A stretch of 63,756 nucleotides of DNA, counting the filler, from Octopus bimaculoides (lineage: Eukaryota), in assembly GCF_001194135.2 (NCBI RefSeq). It is 7 parts of 6 records of this genome, joined end to end, with 100 filler letters (N's around TTAATTAATTAA, not from the genome) between each part and the next. Parts side by side here need not be neighbours in the genome. Positions count along the whole stretch, not along the records: positions 31,496 to 44,263 come from NC_068981.1; positions 44,364 to 51,384 come from NC_068997.1; positions 51,485 to 57,360 come from NC_068986.1; 4 more parts are not named here. One strand, written 5' to 3'. Every line of letters starts with the position of its first letter. Positions within the stretch are counted from its first letter, which is position 1. A model generated the notes under the pieces. It ran no database searches. It saw only the letters and a program-made list of their open reading frames with translations, and was not told where the DNA came from. Shown here one piece after another: positions 38,746-51,529 of the stretch. A program made the position numbers and the translations under genes.

Positions 38746-39153
38746 TAGGACAGACACATTCCTCTTTGGTAGAGCTCTCATTGACCTTTTCAAGTTTCAC
38801 TTTTACAGGAAACTGAGAGTGTAGAGAGAAGTGCTGTTCTCGAGTGAGTTTACTGAAAGGTGGGTGAAAGTTTTAAAAATGACAAGAGTGAATGGTACCT
38901 CTCTAAGCATAGACCTGTGAGTCGATGAGATGGATTTGGAGTGGGCACTTGCTCCTAGGATTGGAGAGGGCACTTGCGCCACTGAAAAATGCGAAACCTA
39001 AAAGAAGCAGCACATATGCTAGGACACAACAACCTCCTAAGCAGACCGAGTGCCGATAAGTGCCGATATGAGCAGCTAATGAGAACCGGTATTAAGGAAG
39101 GATAGAAAAATATTAGATTTATAAGCCCTAAATTTCACTCCATAATTGCCTAC

Positions 39154-39226
39154 GAGCATATGGCGTAGTGGTTACTAACCCCAAGATACCGAGTTCGATT
39201 CCAAGCACTCTAAGTTTTATAATAAT

Positions 39227-39264
<38 letters not shown>

Positions 39265-39440
39265 CGAAAATACCTTAGGAATGAGAACTCAAGTTCGAAA
39301 TTTCCCCAGGACACATGAAGAAGGCTGGAGGGTATATCGGCCAAAACGTTATGTTAACAACAACAAACAAGATGAGGACAAATATCCGTCAAATGTAAAG
39401 AATGTAAATAATGTACATAATTCTTCATCCATATAGAACT
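39154..39440 (+). mobile_element. Short tRNA-promoter-headed element with a decayed hammerhead-like motif
   Basis: A-box TGGCGTAGTGG (39161-71), B-box GAGTTCGATTCC (39191-202), (AAT/AAC)n, then ACAC-ATGAAGA-A-GGCTG..CGGCC-AAAACGTT-ATGTT (39311-39355). Confidence 0.55.
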
Positions 39441-40637
39441 GTATTATCTTCCAGTTACTTCACTGCTGTCCAAATCATCCTAGTGTCACTTCCTGATGTT
39501 ACCTCATTCGTGATCAAGTCGAAATAGCATAAATACACCAGTCTGTTAGTTTGCCATTGTGGGCGACCTGGATAGTAGCACAGTCATAAACTCTTAAATA
39601 ATGCTGATGATTTTCGTTAAAAATCGATACAATAAAGTATCAGTAAATAACTGCAGTTCAAATAATCAACCGTTCCATCCCATCGAAAGTCTTGACCTTA
39701 TGGCCATGTTAGAAATCGTTCATGCGGTGAAAACAGTGAATTAAGGCGTATTGTTACAGCAGTGTACAAAATGTATTGAAATATTTATCTCGGTTCTGAG
39801 TTTAAATTCCTCCAAGATATATTTCACTTCGTTTTACGTATATGGAGTACTATACAAGTCAAGTAATGGAATTTTATCGACTAAACCTTCTCACGCATTT
39901 CTGGCTTTGTGACTATGCTAGAATGTTTAATTATAGAGGAAGGTTGATTTCCTTGATAATGAGTAAAAGTATATTGTCGTTGTTGTTGTTGTTTAGCCGC
40001 GGTTATGCCGCCTATTCAGGGATCTGTATGACAACGTCACATGTGTCCTCTTCTTTTCACAGAAGATATAGGCTGATTTCATGGAAATTTGGCGGATATA
40101 TCAGGAGGGTCGAGTGAAAGTAAACAGGATTCTTGCGTTATTACTTAGAGTCTTCTTTTTTTCCCATTTGTTCTTCTCTTCCTCCTTTTCTATGATAATT
40201 CGTGCTCTCTAATGTTTCTACTCTTCTCAGATAAAAGCTTTTAGCAGCTTCTATTTCACTAAACAGTTTTTTGCGTTATCATTACTCGCTTATGTTGATT
40301 TTGTGGCTTCCGTTGTTGTACATTTTATCTTATCTGGGATATTTCTTGTCAGCGTTTCTGGCAGACCTACAGTACAGAACAAGTTGACCGACACCAGAAG
40401 AGGAAAGACTTGAGTACAAGGGAGTTAGCGTGAGTAATAAAGACAATGAATTAGAGGAGCATGAGGATTACAATAAAATATATCACACATATATTGCACA
40501 CACACTAACACATGCATACACACGCACATACACACACAACCAGGCATACATGTGGGAAGAGTTCTGTGTATGTATATAAATATATTTACGTACACAGACA
40601 TATGTGCATACATATACGTGTGGAAAGGTGCATGTGA

Positions 40638-40674
<37 letters not shown>

Positions 40675-41003
40675 CTCTGATTCAATATTCTTATTGATCA
40701 ATGATATTCCAGCCGTGGTTATGCCGCCTATACAGGGATCTGTATAGACAACAACGTCACATATGTAGATGGAACACGGACAACTGATGATGGCAAATAT
40801 TCTTTATGTTGCATGTCTCGTTCTCTGTTTGCTTTTTTTTTTTTTTTCGTTGTTCGAAAAAATGTTCGTTTTCTGTCTTCGTCTTTACGTTTTCGTTTCT
40901 CATTGCGTTTAACGTTTTTATGTGATGTCCTGTACCCATATATGCATCATGTATGTATACATATAGATGTAGGTATGTACACATATGTATGCCTATATGC
41001 ATA

Positions 41004-41050
<47 letters not shown>

Positions 41051-41226
41051 TTCTGTCTGTCTGTGTGTATCTTGACATTGTTGCTTGTATACACACACAC
41101 ACAGAGCCATTCACATATCATTTAAGCAAAAACTTGCTAACAGAAATATCTCAGAATGGACAGTGGCGTGTATATGAACAAGATAGACAAATACAGTTGT
41201 GTGTTATATCAAACTTTGTATGGTAT

Positions 41227-42420
41227 CAGGTGATGCCCTAAGTAATATCCGGACTTCCATATTTTAAATTTGTAAACGCTTTTAGAACGTCTAATGGCAT
41301 CAAATAATATTTATATGTATTTGAACATATTTAAACTAATTAAATTTCATTTTGCAGGATAATCTGATTGAAATTTCGCTAATTATAGTTCTTCAAACAT
41401 GTAAGTGTTAAGGAGCATTTGATGCACATCATGCTTTATGAATTTACAAAAGACAACTCTGCAACTAAGATGATTCGAAATACTCACTCAGGTTATGGAG
41501 AATATTGCCTGAATGAAAGAACTTGCAGAAAGTGGTTTGTAAAATTAAGAAATGGAAATTGCAGCCTAGAAGATGAAGCCCGAACAGGATATCCAATTGA
41601 GTTTGATGACAAGGTCCTTTTGGCAGAACTTAAAAATGATCATGCATTTTCAGTTGAAAAATAGCAAGCCATCTTCAACAGCTTGGAAAGGTCCCAAAAC
41701 TCGTAAAATTGGTGCCTCATGATTTGTCTGAAGCCAAACGCAAATCCCGAGTGAGCATCTACTCTTCTCTTCGTTCTCGTGAACTCGTCTTGCTCTTTTT
41801 GGTCAAACTGGTGACCAGTGATGAGGAAAGGGTCTCTACGTTAAAATTTTAAGCGTCGTAGACATTGGCTTGGTGACAAGGAAAATGCCCAACCTTACCC
41901 GAAAATGGAACTCCATGCAAAGAAAGTTCTTATTTCTGTATCCACTTTCAGTTGCTACCAACTAATGCAATCCACTGTCAGCAATTTGAGCATTTGAATG
42001 CTGCTCTGAAGAAAAAACGGCCCGCTTTAGAGAATGGAAAGAGAGTGGTGTTTCATCAGGACAATGCAAGACCACACACTGCAAAGATCACATCACAGAA
42101 GATCGAGAAAATTGCTCATTCGCCTTATTCCTCAGGCCTTACATATTCAGATTACTATTTGTTCCGTAGTTTACAGAATCATTTGAATGGATTAATTAAC
42201 TCTCGAAAGAACTGAGGAAGTCAAAACTGACCTTTCAGAGTTCTCTTCGAAACCGAAAGAGTCTTTCACTAAAGGGATTAAAAAGTTTACGAGTAGATGG
42301 AAAGATGTCATATCATAGATAATCATGGATACTATATGGACGATTAAGATTCATTAAAATGTAAGTTTTGATTACTTGTTTTCCTTATTTAAAATCTGAA
42401 GATTATTCATGGGATACCTG
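41227..42420 (+). mobile_element. Near full-length decayed mariner (D,D34D-type) transposon
   Basis: HTH region MLYEFTKDNSATKMIRN...CRKWFVKLRNGNCSLEDEARTG; (W)VPHDLSE; LVTSDE; FHQDNARPHT; HSPYSSGLTYSDYYLFRSL. Degenerate TIRs CAGGTGATGCCC / GGGATACCTG. Confidence 0.9.
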
Positions 42421-42769
42421 GTATATACAGCAATAATTTTTATTTATTAAAATTATCTCCGCTTCTAGACGATCCATCATAATTATCGAATGATAAATGA
42501 GACCAGCTCCTTATATGAATAAGAGTTAATCACAAGAATCATAAATTCTCCAAATTTTAAGTGCTAATAAGGAGACGGACAGACTTTTTGTCTGGAGGTA
42601 ACAAGACAGTCATAGACATATACATACAACAAGATGCATCTAAGTTCCTTGCCAATTGAAAATAAAGTAAACAATTGCTAATCTGATGAGGACTATTGAT
42701 ACGTGTCCACAGCTGTCCTGTTATCTCTTCACAGCAAGTTTGTCCTTTGCATTCATGGCTTATAACTTT

Positions 42770-44200
42770 GACGAAATTTAAGTCTTGAAAAAAGCAGCAG
42801 CAGAATTAACATTTAATATAATGCATGAATTTTTCCTGGTACAGCTAGTTCTCAAACCAACAAAGCAGAATAAAACGGCATTGGATTTAATATCAACAAA
42901 CCTCTCTAGCTCCATTCACAGCATCTTAGTTGAAAAGACTTTCCTCTCGGACCACGACATGATACTCTGCAACCTTAGTTGCCGGCATATCGAAACCAAA
43001 CCAGCCAATCCCACTCCACTGCACTTATTTGACAACAAAAGCTTCCACAAAGCGGACTGAGGAGAAATCAGAAAGGATCATTTCATTATCGACTGGTCCT
43101 TCTCTCTCAGTTTAACTGACGTTGAAACCACATGGCAGCGCTTTGAAGACATTGTTACCTATACATGCTCAAAACATGCTCCTACGAAATCCACTACGAT
43201 AAACAGAAACAGGCTCTCTAGAGACGAGACACTCACCAGGAGCATCCAAAAACTTGATAAACAAAATCAACAAACTAAAATACTTCCACATGCACCATCC
43301 ACATTCAACAACAATGGAAAAGCTGGAGTTGGAAGAACTTCATCTGCAGACCAACATGAAAACCCACATTGAAAATCAAAGAGCTGCAGAGAAACAGTGG
43401 GTATTCAAACAAATCAAACAGTAAACAAAAGTGTTATACTCATATGCAAGTAAGCATACGACCGCTGTCTCACCCGTTGGTCTATTGATCGATGATTACG
43501 ACATTCTCCAACATGATGCTAAAGAAATGGCAGAAGTATTGCAGAAACAATACTGCTGTCTTTAGTGAACCCACTGATACTGACGTAAGGGATGTGAACG
43601 AAGTCGATTCTCAACATATAATCTCGGACATAATATTTACTGCTTCGGACATCATAGCAGCAATAAATGAGATCAAATAATATTCTACTGTAGGCCCTGA
43701 TGGATTCCCTGCTAGTCTCCTAAAGGAATGTAGACACCAACTTGCGAAAACCACATCTCGAATACTGCTACCCTCTGTGGTCTCCGCATACAAAACAAAA
43801 CATTTCGAAAATTGACTCACCAAGAGGTTATTCACTGAATGAGTTAAAGGTATGATTGATCTCAATTGTAGGGACCGCCTTAAAGTATTGAAACTCTATT
43901 CTCTCCAACGCAGCCGTGAACGATACATCATTTACACGATGTGGAGAATATACCACCAGCATTCCCCAATTGACCTCGACATTAGATTCAAAATTCATCC
44001 AAGACAAGGACCAAGAGCTATACGTCTCCTGTCCAATTCAGAATCACAGCACATATGTTTAACATTGTCTGAAAGAGATCGAAGAGGAAAAGGATCCCAC
44101 GACCTTTAAACGGAATCTGGGCAAATTTCTTGGCAGAATACCAGATAAGCCACCTATACCTTGATACAACTCACTCAACAAGAACTCCCTGCGCTTTTAA
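42770..44200 (+). mobile_element. CR1/Jockey-type LINE remnant with internal deletion
   Basis: APE C-terminus LVQLVLKPTKQNKTALDLISTN...LSDHDMI; RT start GPDGFPASLLKEC; C-terminus DRLKVLKLYSLQRSRERYIIYTMWRI. Confidence 0.78.
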
Positions 44201-44263
44201 GTTAGATATGGCCTTGACCAATCTTTGGTCGAAACACATCTAAGTTATCTACGTTACCTTATA

Positions 44264-44363
44264 NNNNNNNNNNNNNNNNNNNNNNNNNNNNNNNNNNNNN
44301 NNNNNNNTTAATTAATTAANNNNNNNNNNNNNNNNNNNNNNNNNNNNNNNNNNNNNNNNNNNN
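44264..44363. other. Artificial 100-bp scaffold linker
   Basis: 44N-TTAATTAATTAA-44N. Confidence 0.9.
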
Positions 44364-44585
44364 GTTAATAAAAGAGTAGTTATTATAAATAATAACTCTA
44401 ATAACCAGCAATTTTCACCAGGAACACATGTACGACGCGTAACCAACAAACTCACAGAGACGAAATACCGCTAAGCATTTCGCCCGGCGTGCCAACGCTT
44501 CTGGCAGCTCGTCACAAGTGTCTTCTGCTCCAGTCTCCTCGGTCAGTAGATTTGGTAGACGGCAAATCAAAGAAGCTCGCAGTAT

Positions 44586-44630
<45 letters not shown>

Positions 44631-44768
44631 TATATATATATATTAGAACTACTTTGATTGTTACGAGATAGCGGCTTTCTGCCGCTTCTCTGTTTACACA
44701 TATTGTGAGGAGGGACGATTGACTGCTATCTCTAGCAGGCAGGTATCCAGTACTGATGACGGGTAAAG

Positions 44769-44995
44769 GGCGGTGAGCTGGCAGAATCGTTAGCACATCG
44801 GGCGAAATGCTTAGCGGTATTTCGTCGGTCGTTACGTTCTGAGTTCAAATTCCGCCGAGGTCAACTTTGCCTTTCATCCATTCGGGGTCGATTAAACAAG
44901 TACCAGTTACGCACTGAGGTCGATGTATCGACTTAATATCTTTCTTTGTCTTTGTTTGTCCCTTCTATATTTAGCCCCCTGTGGGCAATAAATAA
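44769..44995 (+). mobile_element. SINE family A, well-preserved full copy
   Basis: GGCGGTGAGCTGGCAGAATCGTTAGCAC...GTTCTGAGTTCAAATTCCGCCGAGGTC...GCCTTTCATCCATTCGGGGTCGATTAAACAAGTACCAG...GGGCAATAAATAAATA. Confidence 0.85.
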
Positions 44996-45459
44996 ATAAA
45001 TATATCGGACACAGGATGTATGTCGTTAACCTGCTGGAAAAGATGTTTTTCCTGGGGTTAAAAAATAGTAACATAGTTCTTTATAGAACAGCCATGTTAT
45101 AGTGGCAAAAAAAAAATGTTACCGTCTAGTATTGTTACAACTTATATCTCGTTTAGAGATTTTAGAACTAACATTAATAAACTGTAAACTGACACAGAAA
45201 AGCGCCAAATCCTCATCTATTATCGGCCAAAGTATCAGCACAATGGTACGAACCTGCGTTGGTCTCTGGACCGGTAAGTGATGAGGATTAAGCCACCTTC
45301 TTTGTGTGTTTTGTGTTTGTCTGCGCATTTATTGTCTTTTTAAACTTATTATTTAATGGAACACCTCGTACTGTCTCGTATTTTGTTTACAGTAAGTGTT
45401 TATGCTAGCAGAGACAACCGGCGTCGCTCGGGATTAAAATGGTACAGTTTATTTATATT

Positions 45460-45503
<44 letters not shown>

Positions 45504-46740
45504 NNNNNNNNNNNNNNNNNNNNNNNNNNNNNNNNNNNNNNNNNNNNNNNNNNNNNNNNNNNNNNNNNNNNNNNNNNNNNNNNNNNNNNNNNNNNNNNNN
45601 NNNNNNNNNNNNNNNNNNNNNNNNNNNNNNNNNNNNNNNNNNNNNNNNNNNNNNNNNNNNNNNNNNNNNNNNNNNNNNNNNNNNNNNNNNNNNNNNNNNN
45701 NNNNNNNNNNNNNNNNNNNNNNNNNNNNNNNNNNNNNNNNNNNNNNNNNNNNNNNNNNNNNNNNNNNNNNNNNNNNNNNNNNNNNNNNNNNNNNNNNNNN
45801 NNNNNNNNNNNNNNNNNNNNNNNNNNNNNNNNNNNNNNNNNNNNNNNNNNNNNNNNNNNNNNNNNNNNNNNNNNNNNNNNNNNNNNNNNNNNNNNNNNNN
45901 NNNNNNNNNNNNNNNNNNNNNNNNNNNNNNNNNNNNNNNNNNNNNNNNNNNNNNNNNNNNNNNNNNNNNNNNNNNNNNNNNNNNNNNNNNNNNNNNNNNN
46001 NNNNNNNNNNNNNNNNNNNNNNNNNNNNNNNNNNNNNNNNNNNNNNNNNNNNNNNNNNNNNNNNNNNNNNNNNNNNNNNNNNNNNNNNNNNNNNNNNNNN
46101 NNNNNNNNNNNNNNNNNNNNNNNNNNNNNNNNNNNNNNNNNNNNNNNNNNNNNNNNNNNNNNNNNNNNNNNNNNNNNNNNNNNNNNNNNNNNNNNNNNNN
46201 NNNNNNNNNNNNNNNNNNNNNNNNNNNNNNNNNNNNNNNNNNNNNNNNNNNNNNNNNNNNNNNNNNNNNNNNNNNNNNNNNNNNNNNNNNNNNNNNNNNN
46301 NNNNNNNNNNNNNNNNNNNNNNNNNNNNNNNNNNNNNNNNNNNNNNNNNNNNNNNNNNNNNNNNNNNNNNNNNNNNNNNNNNNNNNNNNNNNNNNNNNNN
46401 NNNNNNNNNNNNNNNNNNNNNNNNNNNNNNNNNNNNNNNNGTAAATGCCACAATAATTATTACAGAGAGACAAAGAATTTTATGTCTTACCTTGCAGCTT
46501 CTGCGATAATTATCCTCCGGTAATGGAATTTTGTATTGACACTGGCCAACTCACACTTCGCGCATGTCAGTCGTCCACAAAGTATATAAAACAAGGAGAG
46601 ACAAAAATAAAATAACACGTGTCAAAAAATTTTTTTTTTTCTAAAAATGACGTTAACTGCTCCAATATTAAACTATTTTCTTTAGCCTTACACAGCGAAA
46701 GCTTATAAGCTTAGAACTTATATATATATATATATATATT

Positions 46741-47245
46741 CTTTTATTTGTTTCAGTCGTTTGGCTGCAGTCATGCTGGAGCACCGCCTTGAGGGGTTTT
46801 AGTCGAACAAATCGACTCCAGGAGTTACTTTCTAAGCCCCTTCTTATTTCATCTGACCCTTTTCCTGAACCGTTAAGTTACGGGGACATAAACACACCAA
46901 CACAAGTTGTCAAGCGGTGATGGGGTGGGGGACAAGCAGAGACACAAATACGCACACATAAAGATATCTACGTATATATATACGGCAGGCTTCTTTCAGT
47001 TTCCGTCTATCATTCCACTCACAAGGCTTTGGTCGGCCCGAGGCTATAGTAGAAGACACTTGAGTGAGACAAGAAAAAAAAAAAGAGCATGAAGTAGAAT
47101 ATACGAAAGGCCTAATAACACAGTGTGCACTTGACGAATAGACAGCTTATGCTTTAGAAGACACTTGCCGAAGGTGCCATGCAGTGGGACTGAAACCAAA
47201 ACCATGTGGTTGGGAAGCAAGCTTCTTCCCACACAGCCAACCTTA
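46741..47245 (-). mobile_element. SINE family B body (46741-47063) plus separate head (47150-47245)
   Basis: Reverse complement of the same head, core and 3' part as 5365-5765 and 20865-21240. Confidence 0.78.
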
Positions 47246-47790
47246 CGCACACATACACACACACATATATTTCTCTGTCTCTCTCTCTCCCTATCAATCT
47301 ATCTATATTTCTATATACACACGCACATGCGTAGACGAAGTAACGTCATGGCCTTTTTAAGTTGTTGTCTTTCTTAAGCATTTTCATTCTCCTTCCGCAC
47401 TCCTTATCTTTTTTTTCTCCTCCCCACCCGCCACCTTCTATTTTATCGTTTATCAATGTGTACTCGACCTCTTTAACTAGTTTCCATCAAGCGCAGACCT
47501 TTACTTCGTCTAATTGACCGTGCAACTGAGGGACCAGCCGGAAAGCGCTCCCTGCTGTTCTTTTCATGATCTTCAAATCTCCGCATGAAAAGCTCTTCCC
47601 TTCAACTTGCCAGTTAGCCAGAGAGCTAGTTACTACTGGAGCAATCAATCTTACCTGCACTTCCGCCTTTTGTTGCCAATGTTCTTTTAGCTGCTACTTC
47701 TGCCCTGTTAAGTCTTTTGTGGTCGGTTGGCATCAGCAAAACGGACGAACACACACACATACATATATAAAAATAGATAAACAAATAAAT

Positions 47791-47827
<37 letters not shown>

Positions 47828-48049
47828 CATACAAATATGAACACACGCTTACACTTATGCAAACGTATGCGTGTGTATATATATATATATATATACGTAG
47901 ACACACGTACATACGAAAGCACACATGAGGTTGCATATACGCTCACGTAAGTGTGTGTTTTACATTTGGGATCACATGTACGTTGAAACTGCAATCAAAG
48001 TGAAAGGGAACTCAATACATGGTTAGAGTTGTTATTTAATAAAGCATTA

Positions 48050-48240
48050 AGTAACGGAATGCTTAGCGGTATTTCGTCTGCCGCTACGTTCTGAGTTCAA
48101 ATTCCGCCCAGGTCGACTTTGCCTTTCATCCTTTCGGGATCGATTAAATAAGTACCAGTTACGCACTGGGATCGATGTAATCGACTTAATCCCTTTGTTT
48201 GTCTCCTCTATATTTAGACCCTGTGGGAAATAAAGAAATA
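48050..48240 (+). mobile_element. SINE family A
   Basis: AATGCTTAGCGGTATTTCGTCTGCCGCTACGTTCTGAGTTCAAATTCCGCCCAGGTCGACTTTGCCTTTCATCCTTTCGGGATCG. Confidence 0.85.
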
Positions 48241-48734
48241 AATATATTATTAGAAAGAAATATTATATGTAATATTAGAAGGAAAAATTATATGTACACG
48301 GTCAGCCTTCACACAGTTTCCACCTACCAAATTTATTCCCAAGACACGGGTCAGCCTGGAGTTATAATAGAAAACACTTCCTTAAGGTGCGGCGTAGAGG
48401 GATTGAACCCATAACCACACAGCCATGCTTGCGACAGTACTTAACATACGAAATATCCTTTGAGTTATATAAAATCGATGAGTGTTGATACTCAGTCATG
48501 TTACTGAATTGTTTTTGTGGTGGTCAGTATTCGATCTGGACTCGAGTATTTTTATTGAACTCGTTTGAGTCGCAGCAAAGCAAGTCATATCCAAATAGCA
48601 GCAGCAGCAGCAGCAGCAGCAGCAACTGCGGCAGTAATGGTCTTAGTAACAAGCTGTATCTGTATCAATTAATTTAATCACCTTAATCACCTTAATCATC
48701 GACAACGTCGTCGTCGATGCCAGTGTCATTGAAC

Positions 48735-48934
48735 CATTCGCCTTCATTAAGATCATCATCATCATGATTACAGTAATGATGCTGATGATCATGATAATAA
48801 TATTAATAATAATAATAATAATATTAATAATAATAATAATAATAATAATGATAATAATACTCATCATCATCCTCGTCATCGTTACAGTAATAATGGTAAT
48901 GATTATAGTAATGGTGATGATGATGATGATGATG

Positions 48935-48985
<51 letters not shown>

Positions 48986-48987
48986 GC

Positions 48988-49020
<33 letters not shown>

Positions 49021-49090
49021 AGTGATTATCATGGCTCCAGTTGAGAGATTCTCATCACGATCATAGTGATGACGACTGTGAATGATAATT
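48735..49090. repeat. (AAT)n/(GAT)n/(CAT)n compound microsatellite
   Basis: Direct reading. Confidence 0.9.
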
Positions 49091-50439
49091 AACAATCGTT
49101 AATCAATCGAAAAAAATTAAAATTAAAAATAAAACAATAAAAAATAAATTTAAAAAAAAAATAGAAAATTTATTTTAAAAAATTCAAAATAAAAACTCCT
49201 CCACTCCACCTCCACTCTACCCCTCTCGCCGTTCTTTTATTTCACCTGAAATATGACTTATTTTAGGGGATTGCCTTTATAAATTTATAAATGCAAAAAA
49301 AAAAGAAAAAATATATATATATAAAATAACATAAATCAAAGTAACCCCCCAACCTCCCCACGTCTCTCTCTCTCCTTTTCCCCCTATTCCCCCTCCCTTT
49401 CTCTTGCCGCTCCAAATGAAATTAGTTCTTTGATTAGCTAGTTCATTAGATGATCGTTTCTGTAAGTTTAATTAAAACCTTCAATGAAGAACGATCGCAT
49501 TGTTTATTGATTGGCCCTGTAAAGTAGTGTTCCCTACATCCTGTTAATTGATGAACTTTGACATGATCTTCCCGAATTAATGCGCGCTTGCTCATGCAGA
49601 CCTCATTAAAAATCTGCAAACAAAATGACGCACTTATTGGATAATGGTGATCGCTTCACGCACACACTCACACACACACACACATACACGCACATACATT
49701 CACACATACACACATGCACATACATACATATATATATATATATGTGTGTATATATACAATCAGTTATTTTCACTCCAACGTTTTGTTTTGTTTTCTAATC
49801 TTTGTATGCATATGTGTGTATAATTATTGTTTGTGTTTGTTTGTATGTTTGCATATATATATATATATATGTATATGAGTGCGTGTAATTGTGTGTGTGT
49901 GTGTGTGCGATTGTCTGTGATGACCTCCTTTTCAAAGTGATGAAACGAACCCTCTCGTGCCATCTCTCTTTGCCTTTGACCTCTTTCTGCGAATCACTCT
50001 TTCGTCCCCTCGTTCCCTCGTTCAGGAATATAGCTTAATTGAGAATGGATGTCATGTGGAACAGTTGAAACAAAACAACAGCAACAACAACAACAACAAC
50101 AACAACATCAACAATGAATAGAAATAAAAATTATAAAATAAAGATAAAAAGAAATAAAAGCTTTAATAAAAGTATCGTTATAGAGGAGAAAGGAGTGCTT
50201 GCAAGAAAATTTTTGCCGAAATTTTCCAGCGAACACCGGAAGTAGGAAGTTCATTGGTGAAGAGGAAAGTAAAATAATAAATACATAAATAAATAAACAA
50301 ATAAATATGTAAACAAAAGAAAAAACAACAACAAAAAATGATGCCCCAGGGTTATGATGACGGGAGAATGTTAAGTCTAAAGCATATAATAAATAAATAG
50401 ATAAATATATTAGTTAAGTAACAAAAGACCCCCGAAAGG

Positions 50440-51005
50440 GGCAGTGGTGTTGCTGTTGTTATTGTTGTTGTTGGTGGTGGTGTTGGTGGAGGTTATGGGG
50501 GTGGGGATGATGATGTTGTTGTTGCGGATGGTATTCGTGATGATGTGAATGATAGGGTGAAGAAGGAGAAGGTACAATATATTTTTATTATTATTACTAT
50601 TATTTTATTCGGTTTTCTTTTTTTTTTGATTCTTGCGTTTGTTTGATGATGGTGATAACGATGACGATGACGACGACGATGGGGATGGCGGCGATGGCGG
50701 TGATGGTAGTGATAGTAATGATGATGACGACGGTGATGTTGATGATGATGGTGATGATGATGATGATGATGATGGCGGTCATGGTGTTGGTGTTGATGTT
50801 GGTGATGATGATGATGATGATGATGATAATGATGGTGATGATGATGATGATGATGGCGGTCATGGTGTTGGTGTTGATGATGATGATGATGGTGATGATG
50901 ATGACGACGATGCTGCTGATGATGACGACGACGATGATTATGATGATGATGATGATTATGATGATGATGATGATGATGGTGATGGCGCTGCTGATGATGT
51001 TGTCC
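50440..51005. repeat. (GAT)n-rich compound repeat
   Basis: Direct reading. It produces the poly-His/Asp/Met ORFs in the track. Confidence 0.9.
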
Positions 51006-51384
51006 AAGAAATGTTATGTAAATCATCAAAAACACATACGAAGACGTTAACGAAGGAGAAATCCTTTTGAACATCATCAGTCACCGTAAAAAGGAAAGAA
51101 AGAAAAGCCCTAACCCTACTCCTCCTCTTACCCTACTAACCTTGCTATCTAACAGCTTAAGTAAGGGGAGAGAGGGAGAGAATGAGATAAAGAGTGAGTA
51201 AGAGGGAGAGAGAGGGAGGGAGAGAGAGGGAGCCAGTGCGGAAGATGGTCTGAGAAGGAAACCAGCAGGGGGGGAAGGTAGTAATTAAGCGTGTTAGAGA
51301 ATAGATTAGAATGGAATGTAGAACAGAAATGAAGTAGCGTGGAAGTGGTATATGAATGAAGGAGAGGGAGAGAGAGAGAGAGAG

Positions 51385-51484
51385 NNNNNNNNNNNNNNNN
51401 NNNNNNNNNNNNNNNNNNNNNNNNNNNNTTAATTAATTAANNNNNNNNNNNNNNNNNNNNNNNNNNNNNNNNNNNNNNNNNNNN
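51385..51484. other. Artificial 100-bp scaffold linker
   Basis: 44N-TTAATTAATTAA-44N. Confidence 0.9.

Positions 51485-51529
<45 letters not shown>

Noticed and set aside
44200-44245. Hammerhead in TTAGAT..GACCAA-TCT-TTGGTC-GAAAC..ATCTAA
   Set aside because: Stem II and GAAAC are present, but there is no CUGANGA-like core and no valid stem III.
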